Below, one piece after another: positions 55,377 through 64,000 of a stretch of 64,000 bases of DNA. Below the pieces are notes generated by a model. That model ran no database searches and was not told the origin of the DNA. It saw only the letters and a list, made by a program, of their open reading frames with translations. The stretch comes from Planctomycetota bacterium (lineage in GTDB: Bacteria; Planctomycetota; Planctomycetia; Pirellulales; UBA1268), in assembly GCA_018970605.1 (NCBI GenBank), contig JAGWWA010000004.1:2289-66288 (forward strand), written 5' to 3'. How positions within the stretch are numbered: position 1 is the stretch's first letter; each line of letters begins with the position of its first letter. Position numbers and translations under genes: made by a program.

Positions 55377-55895
55377 TCACCCAGGCGGCTTGGCGGCACG
55401 CGTGGTGAGATCGAACGGGGCAATGCTGGACGACATCCGGCCGACGGAGGCCTTGAGCGGCGACGTCTCCGGGTTCGCGAACCGGCCACCGAGGCGGTCC
55501 ACCTCGGTCGCGTTGGCCGCGGCGGCAGCCTCGGGATCGTCCGACGTGCTCGTCGCCTTCTCGGGGCCTCCGGCGAACCACTCCGCCGTGACGACGTACT
55601 CACCCACCGGCGCGCCGTCGGCCATCTCGTAGGTGCCGATCACGAACGAACCGTCGGATCCGGTGCGGGCCGTTGGACGAAGTTTCTCGAGCCTCGTGTC
55701 ACCGGCGTTGATCGGATGAAGCACCACCTGCACGCCCGCCACCGGCTTCCCGTCGACCCGGACGGTTCCCTGGGCCGGCACCGTGGCGAGCCGATCCGAG
55801 CCGCAGCCGACGACGGCAACCACGGCGACGCATGCCACCACCGCGACGACGAACGAGGCAGCACCTGGCGGAACGTGCAGGACTGGGCTGGACAC
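55377..55895 (-). CDS. small lipoprotein with carboxypeptidase-regulatory-like domain (paralog of 23567..24091)
   Basis: Lipobox VAVVGC, then AQGTVRVDGKPVAGVQVVLHP...TGSDGSFVIGT...GEYVVTA. Confidence 0.7.
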   Translation of the reverse strand: MSSPVLHVPPGAASFVVAVVACVAVVAVVGCGSDRLATVPAQGTVRVDGKPVAGVQVVLHPINAGDTRLEKLRPTARTGSDGSFVIGTYEMADGAPVGEYVVTAEWFAGGPEKATSTSDDPEAAAAANATEVDRLGGRFANPETSPLKASVGRMSSSIAPFDLTTRAAKPPG

Positions 55896-55976
55896 GGGTA
55901 ACCTTCCGAGGCGAGCGTCGCGGCCTACCGGGGCGGCGACGTACCGAGGTTGTCACCGACGACGGTGAGCGGCGTG

Positions 55977-58274
55977 TCAGGCGACCGTGAGAGTTCGGCG
56001 AGAAATCGATGAGCGTTGCGTGAGCGAGCGGGTTTGCACGGGCCCCACGTCGACCATCGCGAACGCGGCAAACGCAGCGGCGAGCGAGCCGGAGGTCGCC
56101 ACGGGCCGGGGAGCTGCCGCAGCGGACGCTGCTCGCCAGACGACGACCAGCCGAGGCCGGTCTCCGGGTGCGAGGGCTTCACTGCTGGAAAACCCCCAGG
56201 GATCGGTCGACCCGCCGCGGATCGCCCAGCCGTAATTGGGAGCGCCGCCAGCCCATGCCCGCACGCTCGTCGTGACGTCGAACGACGCGACCCCCGGCGC
56301 CACCGAGCCGATCACCCGATCCGTGCCCACCTCGGCCTCGATGCCGTCGAGCTGCACGCCATTGCCGCCGTAGGCCGACGCCCACGTGGCTGCCGCCGAG
56401 AACGGCTTCCGCAGCCGCACGAGGCTCGCGCCCCCGCCGGCGGCGTCGGGCACCGCGGCGGGCGTGGTGAGCACGACCCGGGCGGATTCGATCGCGGCCC
56501 CGGCAGGAATCAGGCCGGCTCCGCTCCCGAAGAGGCCATCGAACCGCAGCAGGCCCACCTGCTGACGTCCTGTCACCGCCCCGGCCCAGATGATCGCCGA
56601 CGCGTCGAAGCCTCCGGTCGGCCGCTGCTGCGAGAGCAGGGTGTCGGCTGCCCCCGAGTAACCGGCCACGCCCTGCTGGAAGGTCGCCGTCGCGGCCGTG
56701 GCCCGCACCCACTCGACCTCGAGCCGGGGGCGGTCGTCGATCGCCGCGGCCTCGGACGAGGCAAACGCCCAGCCGTCGGTGCCGGCGTTCCAGGGAACGA
56801 AGGCCCAGCCGCGATTCGCCTCCCCGTCGGCCCAGGCCTGCACGTCGGCCGTCACGTCGATCGTGAAGCCGGAGGCGGCCGGAACCAGCGGGGCGCGAAA
56901 CGCGGTGCCTGCCTGCGCAGTGGACGCCACCGCAGCCTCGCGGCCGTCGGCCTGCACGCCCCCCGCCAGGGAGTTCCACGTTGCCGAGGCCGACCATGCC
57001 GCAAGCATCCTGTGAAGCCGGCCGCCGGCGCCGGGATTCGTGGATGCGACGACCAGCCTGGCCGACGTCACCCGCGCTCCAGCGGGAATCTGGCCGGCCG
57101 CGGTCCCCACGATGCCGTCGAACCGCAGCAGCACCTGGCTGGCATTGGCCTGGGCGGCATCGGCGGCATCGACGAGCAGCGAGGTCGCCGACGCGAAGGC
57201 GGTCGTCGGCTGCTCCTGCCGGAGCTGCGTGTCCACGCCGCCCGCATAGATCGCTCCGCCGCTCACACGGCCCTGCTGAAACGCGCTCGTACCGGCCGCC
57301 TCCGGAACCTGCGGCCCGAACCGCCCCGCGAAGTCGACCGTGAACGAGAAGGTGCTGTTGGCGTCGATCTCCTCGATGCCGGTGAGCACGTTGATTGTCC
57401 GCACGTCGATCCGTCCGGCCGACGTGTCGAACCTGAGCACGTTCATCCATCCATCGCCGCCGTTGCTGCGGCTCTGGTAGTCGGCCACCATCTCGTGCAC
57501 CGGCTGGCCCAGCACGTTGAGCGATGTCTGGTGATGCTCCCCCGAGAAGTGGCCGTTCATCACGAGGATGATCTGCGGGTTGGGCCGGATCAGCTTCTGA
57601 AAGACCTGCTCGCCCGTGTTGCTCGGGTCGCCGGGAAAGCCGGCATCGCCGTTGAGCGTGGCCATCCGCGCCCGTGTCGTCGGATTGAGGTAGGAATGGG
57701 TGGAGATGATCGTGGGCAGGCCGGGGTAGCGGGCGACCATCTGCTGTGCCCAGGCGAGGTCGCTGTCGAGCGGCTCGAACTGGAAGGTCAGGTGGAGAAA
57801 CCGGTAACCTCCGGCGGTGAACGTCTGGGCATACGCGCCGAGCCGTCCCGACTCCTCGAGATACCAGCTGCGGCCGCGGTACCGGGCCGCGGAGAAGTAC
57901 TGCTCGTACAGGGATGCCCCGTTGGGCTTCGTGTACATCGTGCGATAGTCGTGATTCCCGATGGTGGCGGAATAGGGCACGATTCCGTCGGGGCTCGCGG
58001 CGAGGTTGCCGTCGAGGATGTCCATCGCCGCGTCGGCGTTCACCCACTGAGAAGCGGAGGCGCCGACGTTGACGATGTCGCCGAGCTGGCTGACGAAGGC
58101 GATGTTCTCGGCGGCCTTGTTGGCCACGACCCAGCGGGTTTGGGCCTTGAACGTGTCGGGGTAGGTCTGCGAATAGAACTGCGTGTCGGGGAGAACGGCG
58201 ACGGTAAAGGGCGCCGCTGCGGGAACCAGCCGTCCTTCCAGCCGCTCGAGTCGGAGCACAAGCGGATCACTCAT
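55977..58274 (-). CDS. metallophosphoesterase fused to three DNRLRE/CBM96-like domains
   Basis: The ATG 58274 overlaps the upstream stop (ATGA). An in-frame GTG about 63 nt upstream is an alternative start. LRLERLEGRLVP N-motif. AVLPDTQFY, QLGDIVN, GNHDY, NGHFSGEH. Three blocks ending ...DRPRLEVEW / ...DRPRLVVVW. Confidence 0.8.
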   Translation of the reverse strand: MSDPLVLRLERLEGRLVPAAAPFTVAVLPDTQFYSQTYPDTFKAQTRWVVANKAAENIAFVSQLGDIVNVGASASQWVNADAAMDILDGNLAASPDGIVPYSATIGNHDYRTMYTKPNGASLYEQYFSAARYRGRSWYLEESGRLGAYAQTFTAGGYRFLHLTFQFEPLDSDLAWAQQMVARYPGLPTIISTHSYLNPTTRARMATLNGDAGFPGDPSNTGEQVFQKLIRPNPQIILVMNGHFSGEHHQTSLNVLGQPVHEMVADYQSRSNGGDGWMNVLRFDTSAGRIDVRTINVLTGIEEIDANSTFSFTVDFAGRFGPQVPEAAGTSAFQQGRVSGGAIYAGGVDTQLRQEQPTTAFASATSLLVDAADAAQANASQVLLRFDGIVGTAAGQIPAGARVTSARLVVASTNPGAGGRLHRMLAAWSASATWNSLAGGVQADGREAAVASTAQAGTAFRAPLVPAASGFTIDVTADVQAWADGEANRGWAFVPWNAGTDGWAFASSEAAAIDDRPRLEVEWVRATAATATFQQGVAGYSGAADTLLSQQRPTGGFDASAIIWAGAVTGRQQVGLLRFDGLFGSGAGLIPAGAAIESARVVLTTPAAVPDAAGGGASLVRLRKPFSAAATWASAYGGNGVQLDGIEAEVGTDRVIGSVAPGVASFDVTTSVRAWAGGAPNYGWAIRGGSTDPWGFSSSEALAPGDRPRLVVVWRAASAAAAPRPVATSGSLAAAFAAFAMVDVGPVQTRSLTQRSSISRRTLTVA

Positions 58275-58924
58275 GGCGCCGCTCCGACGGTCCAGGCCCG
58301 CACGACCCGCCCGCGGGCCAGCCGGCGAACGCACGCGGCCGTCGCGGCGGCCACCCGCTCCAGCATGCAGGCGGCGGCGTCGACACCCATGAGGTGCTCG
58401 GGATCGACCCGGCGCGTGATCACGCCGGCCGCGATTTCCCCGCGGATCCGCTCGCGGACATCCGCGACCTCGGCGTGCGAATCCCGGATGGCATCGGATG
58501 CCTCCGCATCCCACTCGCCGACGGCGTCGGCGGCCAACGACACCACGACGCCGACGCACGCCGCGAGGCGGTCGAACGAGGGCGCCGCGTGCGCCGCGGC
58601 CTCCCGATCGAGCGTCTGCAGGAGGGCATCCAGGCCGCACGTGGCCACGGCCGCCACCTGCAGGTCGGCGCAGCAGCCGAGCACCGTGGTGGCGAACTGC
58701 AGATCGGTGGCCACGGGCCGGTACCGGGCGAGGAACTCGATCGCGTCGGCTTGGAGATCACGGGCGACCGCCGCGATGTCATCGTGAATGACGCCACGTC
58801 GTGCCGATCCTGCCGCGACAGAGGCCGCCGGCACGGCGATCGTTGCCACGAGCGCCCCTTCCAGCAGCGTCGCCAGGGTGGCGACCCGCTCGCGGAGCCG
58901 CTCGCGTTGTCGGTCGATGTGCAT
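58271..58924 (-). CDS. divergent PhoU-domain protein
   Basis: Start at ATG 58924. There are two helical repeats: VIHDDIAAVARDLQADAIEFLARYRPVATDLQFATTVLGCCADLQ resembles the PhoU core (..KRQPvAsDLR..i.k...dLERIGD). The second repeat ends in MLERVAAATAAC. The acidic metal-binding residues of ERIGD are not conserved. Confidence 0.55.
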   Translation of the reverse strand: MHIDRQRERLRERVATLATLLEGALVATIAVPAASVAAGSARRGVIHDDIAAVARDLQADAIEFLARYRPVATDLQFATTVLGCCADLQVAAVATCGLDALLQTLDREAAAHAAPSFDRLAACVGVVVSLAADAVGEWDAEASDAIRDSHAEVADVRERIRGEIAAGVITRRVDPEHLMGVDAAACMLERVAAATAACVRRLARGRVVRAWTVGAAP

Positions 58925-58970
58925 GGCTGTGGCCCTGGTCCCTCCGAAGGCCCGGCAGGCTAGCGGCGAA

Positions 58971-58989
58971 TCGTGAGGATCGTGTGCGG
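58971..58989 (+). promoter_or_regulatory. TCGTGAGGATCGTGTGCGG direct-repeat element between the PhoU-like gene and the SDR gene
   Basis: Two TCGTG(A/T) hexamers 9 nt apart, in the 88-nt divergent gap. Similar to the elements at 9519..9658 and 31897..31916. Confidence 0.2.
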
Positions 58990-59012
58990 AATGGCCGGGT
59001 ACACTGCCACCC

Positions 59013-59855
59013 ATGCACGCATGGCATGGGCGACGGGTGATCGTGGCGGGCGGCACGGCCGGGTTCGGCCTCGTGCTCGCGCGGCATCTCGCCCGGGCGG
59101 GAGCCCGGATCCTGCTCGTAGGCCGGTCGTCCGACGGTGTCCGCCGGGCATTCGAGGCCTGCGAGCGGGCCGGCGAGTCGACCGCCGCCATGCACGGGAT
59201 CGCCGCCGATCTCGGCAGGGCGGGGGAGGGCAACCGCGTCGCCGGCGAGGCGCTGCGGCTGCTGGGCGGCATCGACGATCTGGTCTGCTGCGTGGGCCGC
59301 TCGGGCCGGGCGCGGATGCTCGACACGCCCGATGACGAGCTCCGCGACTACCTCGCAGCCAACCTGTTCAGCAGCACGGAGCTCGTCCGGGCCGCGGCCG
59401 ACGACGTGGCCACCGCACGGGGGCATGTGGTGTTCATCGGCAGCCTCGCCGGCAAGCTCGTCACGCCGTTCATGGGCCCCTATGCGGTCGCGAAGTCGGC
59501 GCTCGCCGCCTACGCCGACACCGTGCGGCTCGAGCTCGAGCCCCGCGGGGCGCACGTGCTGCTCGTGTCGCCCGGCCCGATCCGCCGCGCCGCCGACGAC
59601 CCAGCCGCCGACCGGGCCCTCGACCGCTATGCCGAAGACGCCCGCCGCGCCGGCCTTCCCGATGGAGCCCGGGCACCGGGCGGCACCGCGAGCCTTGCGC
59701 AGCTCGATCCCGACCGGCTCGCAGCCGCCGTGCTCGACGCCTGCCGCCGGCGCACCGCCGAACTCACCGTGCCGCGGAAGGCGGCCCTGCTCGCGGGCTT
59801 CATCGAGTGGTTTCCGAACGCCGGCCGCCGGCTGCTCGCCCGGTTCGTCCGCTGA
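59013..59855 (+). CDS. short-chain dehydrogenase/reductase (SDR)
   Basis: [22 protein letters not shown] (TGxxxGxG) and the catalytic YAVAKSAL (YxxxK), with an upstream Ser (IGSLAG). Confidence 0.85.
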   Translation: MHAWHGRRVIVAGGTAGFGLVLARHLARAGARILLVGRSSDGVRRAFEACERAGESTAAMHGIAADLGRAGEGNRVAGEALRLLGGIDDLVCCVGRSGRARMLDTPDDELRDYLAANLFSSTELVRAAADDVATARGHVVFIGSLAGKLVTPFMGPYAVAKSALAAYADTVRLELEPRGAHVLLVSPGPIRRAADDPAADRALDRYAEDARRAGLPDGARAPGGTASLAQLDPDRLAAAVLDACRRRTAELTVPRKAALLAGFIEWFPNAGRRLLARFVR

Positions 59856-59935
59856 CACGTCTGGCCCCGCGACACTGCCGGACAATACCGCTATACCTAA
59901 CGCCCGGATCGTCATTCACCCAGGAGAGCACGTCG

Positions 59936-61249
<1,314 letters not shown>

Positions 61250-61274
61250 GCATCCCCGGCCTTGCGGACTCGCG

Positions 61275-62252
61275 ATGGTGATCCGCCACGCACTCATGGT
61301 TCTCGCGACGCTCGCCACGGCGGCCCACGCGGCCCCGCTCGTCATCGCCCACCGCGGAGCAAGCGGGTACCTGCCGGAACACACGCTCGAGGCGAAGGCG
61401 CTGGCCCATGCGCAGGCCGCCGATTTCATCGAGCAGGACGTGGTGCTCACCAAGGACGACGTCCCCGTCGTGCTCCACGACATCCATCTCGACGGGGTCT
61501 GCGACGTCGCCGACCGGTTCCCGGACCGCCGACGCAGCGACGGCCGCTTCTACGTCCTCGACTTCACGCTGGACGAACTCCGCACGCTCCGGGTGTGCGA
61601 GCGGCGCGACCCGCAGACGGGACGCCAGGTCTACCCCGGCAGGTTTCCGGCCGGCACGGGCATCTTCCGGATCGCCACGCTGGCGGAGGAGCTCGAGTTT
61701 CTCGCAGGCCTCGATCGATCCACCGGCCGACGCACGGGTGTCTACCCCGAGATCAAGCAGCCGGCATGGCACCGTCGCGAAGGCCACGACATCAGCCCGC
61801 TCGTGCTGGACGTGCTGCGAACGCACGGGTTCGCCGCGAAGGCCGACCCATGTTTTCTGCAGTGCTTCGACGCCGACGAGGTGCAGCGGCTGCGCGGCGA
61901 ACTCGGCTGGCAGGGCAGGCTCGTGCTGCTCGTGGGCGAGGCTCCCGACGACGCGGCCGATCCGCTGCTGGCCGACGGCGTCCTCGCCAACCTCGCGGCA
62001 ACCGTGGACGGGATCGGTCCACCGCTCAGCCGCGTGGTGGGCCCCGACGGCCGGCCGACGGGGCTGGTGGCCGCCGCTCACCGAGCGGGGCTCGTGGTCC
62101 ATGCCTACACGTTCCGCCGCGACAAACTGCCGGCCTTCGCCGCCGACACCGACACGGCGCTGAGGATGCTGTTCGTCGACGCCGGCATCGACGGGCTGTT
62201 CAGCGATTTCCCCGACCTCTGCGTCACCTGGCTGCACGCCGCCCGCCCGTAG
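61275..62252 (+). CDS. glpQ: periplasmic glycerophosphodiester phosphodiesterase
   Basis: Signal MVIRHALMVLATLATAAHAAP. VIAHRGASGYLPEHTLEAK, IEQDVVLTKDDVPVVLHD, YPEIK, HAYTFR. Confidence 0.9.
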   Translation: MVIRHALMVLATLATAAHAAPLVIAHRGASGYLPEHTLEAKALAHAQAADFIEQDVVLTKDDVPVVLHDIHLDGVCDVADRFPDRRRSDGRFYVLDFTLDELRTLRVCERRDPQTGRQVYPGRFPAGTGIFRIATLAEELEFLAGLDRSTGRRTGVYPEIKQPAWHRREGHDISPLVLDVLRTHGFAAKADPCFLQCFDADEVQRLRGELGWQGRLVLLVGEAPDDAADPLLADGVLANLAATVDGIGPPLSRVVGPDGRPTGLVAAAHRAGLVVHAYTFRRDKLPAFAADTDTALRMLFVDAGIDGLFSDFPDLCVTWLHAARP

Positions 62253-62270
62253 CGCCGGCCTCGCACTCGG

Positions 62271-62300
62271 CCCCCATCGCTTACGCGATTGGGCTTCCTG
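62271..62300 (+). repeat. Family-A 30-nt repeat, copy 4
   Basis: Exact 30-mer. It abuts the family-B array head-to-head through the palindrome TTCCTG-AC-CAGGAA (62295..62308). Confidence 0.9.
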
Positions 62301-62302
62301 AC

Positions 62303-62530
62303 CAGGAAACCTCACGCCGTAAGCCGTACGGCCACCCCTCCCAGCAAGCGTAACGCCGTAAGGCGTACGGCCACCCCTCCCAGAAAGCGTAACGCCGTAA
62401 GGCGTATGGCCACTCGCCCAGGACACCTCACGCCGTAAGGCGTACGGCCACCCGCCCAGGACACCTCACGCCGGGACGCGTACGGCCACCCGCCCAGGAC
62501 ACCTCACGCCGTAAGGCGTACGGCTGCCCC
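62303..62530 (+). repeat. Tandem array of six 38-39-nt family-B units (no unique spacers)
   Basis: Units start at 62303, 62342, 62381, 62419, 62457 and 62495. Each unit is CAG(G/C/A)A..-ACGCC-GNRA-GGCGT-ACGGCC(A/T)CCC.... Unit 5 has a GGGA loop in place of GTAA. Confidence 0.9.
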
Positions 62531-62559
62531 TCGCTGGCCTCGAACTCGGGCCCGATCCC

Positions 62560-64000
62560 TCACGCCGGCCCGGTGACGGGCGCGGCGGCCTTCTCGATCG
62601 CCGCGCGGAGCCGCTGCTGCCGTTCGGCGTCGGTCACCTTGCCGCCGTCGGCGGTCGTGACGTGAAACGCATCCACGACCTGATCGAGGTAGGTGCCGAT
62701 CTTCGCCGCCTGCACGGAGAGCCCCGCATCGTAGATCGCCTTGGCCACGCCGTAGAGCAGCCCCGGAGCGTCGTGGGCGAATACCTCCACGATCGTGGCC
62801 CGCTGGGAACTCTGGTTGTCGAAGGTCACGCGGACCGGTTGCGCGGCCAGCTTCACCTGCGGCGCGAACGGGTTCCACCGCGGCGCGAACTCCGGCGGGC
62901 GGTCGCCGAGAATGGCGGCGCGGACGGCCGCCGCGATGTCGGCGAGCCGCTCGGCGGGCGGCTCGCCGGCGAAGTCATGATCCACGACGGTGAAGTGGTC
63001 GAGCACGTGGCCGGCGGCGAACGTGTGGATGTCGGCGGCGAGGATCTCGAGCCGCTGGCTCGTGAGGCTGCCCGTGACGCGATGAAAGATCCCGGACGCC
63101 GCCGCCTCACGGGTGCCGACCGACACCGCCACCGTCGACGTCTCGGGCTGCCAGCGGGCGGTCGCAAACGCCCCGGTCGCCGGCAGCCGGACCAGCCGCC
63201 CGAGTTCCTCGACGATCCGCTCCGGCGTGGTCGCCGCCAGGTAGGAGTCGGGCAGTTCGTGGGCGAGCCGCACCGCGGGGTCGGCGTCGCCGCGGTCGTC
63301 GAGCAGGGCGGCGAGCCCCCGACGCGTGCGGTCGGCCGCGACGCTCGGCCCTTCGCCGTCGAGGATTCCGAGCGTCTTGTAAAAGAGGGCCGCGAGCAGG
63401 TCCGACTTCCACTTCGTCCACGTGCCCGGACCGACCGCCGAGACGTCGGCCGCGGTGAGCAGCGCGAGCATCCGCAGCACCTCCGGCGACCCGACGTCGC
63501 TGGCGAAGCCCGCCACGAGCGTGTCGTCGCCGATGTCGCGGCGAAACGCGAGGTGCGCCATCGCGAGGTGCTTGAGCACGAGGAACTCCACGATCTCGAC
63601 CTCGTCGGCAGGCAGCCCGAGCCGGCAGCCGACGTCGCGGGCGATTCGCGCCCCGAGCACGCTGTGGTCCTCCACGAAGCCCTTGCCGATGTCGTGCAGC
63701 AGCAGGGCCAGCAGCAGCGGACGCTTTCGCCCCAGGGCCCTCCATTCGGTGCCGAGCCAGTCGTCCGCGGTGGCCAGCGCCGCCACCTGCTCGATGGCCA
63801 GCAGGCAGTGCTCGTCCACCGTGTACTTGTGAAAGCTGTTGAACTGCAGCAGGTTGCGGGCGTGTGCGAACTGTGGAATCAGGATCTCGAGCACGCCCAC
63901 GTCATGGAGCCAGCGGAGCGCCGCGGCGACCTTCGCCGGATGGGCGAAGAGGCCGAGAAAGGCTTCGTTGGCCGGACGATCCGCCTCGCGGGGCAGTTCC
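62560..64000 (-). CDS. glnD: [protein-PII] uridylyltransferase/uridylyl-removing enzyme, C-terminal part (continues off-window)
   Basis: HD domain FNSFHKYTVDEHCL...LLALLLHDIGKG, followed by two ACT-like segments (VAVSVGTREAASGIFHRVTG, TIVEVFAHDAPGLLYGVAKAIYD). The frame stays open to nt 64000. Confidence 0.88.
   Translation of the reverse strand, partial: ELPREADRPANEAFLGLFAHPAKVAAALRWLHDVGVLEILIPQFAHARNLLQFNSFHKYTVDEHCLLAIEQVAALATADDWLGTEWRALGRKRPLLLALLLHDIGKGFVEDHSVLGARIARDVGCRLGLPADEVEIVEFLVLKHLAMAHLAFRRDIGDDTLVAGFASDVGSPEVLRMLALLTAADVSAVGPGTWTKWKSDLLAALFYKTLGILDGEGPSVAADRTRRGLAALLDDRGDADPAVRLAHELPDSYLAATTPERIVEELGRLVRLPATGAFATARWQPETSTVAVSVGTREAAASGIFHRVTGSLTSQRLEILAADIHTFAAGHVLDHFTVVDHDFAGEPPAERLADIAAAVRAAILGDRPPEFAPRWNPFAPQVKLAAQPVRVTFDNQSSQRATIVEVFAHDAPGLLYGVAKAIYDAGLSVQAAKIGTYLDQVVDAFHVTTADGGKVTDAERQQRLRAAIEKAAAPVTGPA

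Noticed and set aside
55298-55603. N-terminal extension of the giant ORF to the track start at 55603
   Set aside because: It would overlap the lipoprotein gene (55377..55895) and encodes an Arg/Pro-rich string. A canonical signal peptide begins at ATG 55297.
62303-62530. Possible CRISPR array (regular ~38-nt repeats)
   Set aside because: The units are directly adjacent with no unique spacers. They are degenerate copies of an interspersed repeat found elsewhere in the window, and no cas genes are present.

Overview
GC-rich bacterial chromosomal segment. All calls come from reading the translated ORFs and the DNA by eye; no searches were run. The gene content points to Planctomycetota: two DUF1559/H-X9-DG prepilin-like genes, each near a small carboxypeptidase-regulatory-like lipoprotein gene; giant surface proteins with PATR-type beta-strand repeats; dockerin-like and PEP-CTERM tails; and LExRxxL N-termini. 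I call about 36 protein-coding genes and no rRNA, tRNA or CRISPR. Housekeeping genes are pyk-argG, xylA and the 3' part of glnD. Most of the rest is accessory and phosphorus-themed. There are seven secreted phosphoesterases of five different folds, a PhoU-like gene and a GlpT/UhpC-type MFS transporter. A phosphonate module (PhnZ-like HD protein, phnX, TIGR03364-type FAD oxidoreductase, Zn-ADH) sits next to a fused eutBC ethanolamine ammonia-lyase. Two loci repeat the same cassette: phosphoesterase, small lipoprotein, giant surface protein, DUF1559. In one of them an IS110-family element lies directly upstream of the DUF1559 gene. The most unusual observations are these. (i) A 3580-aa ORF contains a complete PEP-CTERM anchor fused in frame to a complete signal peptide at mid-length, so it looks like two tandem paralogs without a stop between them. 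(ii) An interspersed and tandem repeat family forms a 5-bp hairpin capped by GNRA tetraloops, with compensatory stem changes. (iii) The eutBC fusion carries a twin-arginine-like leader. (iv) An uncharacterised operon links TIGR02466-type oxygenase-like genes, propeller-phosphoesterases and an aminotransferase. Many very long ORFs on the opposite strand of real genes are GC-driven shadows and were rejected.
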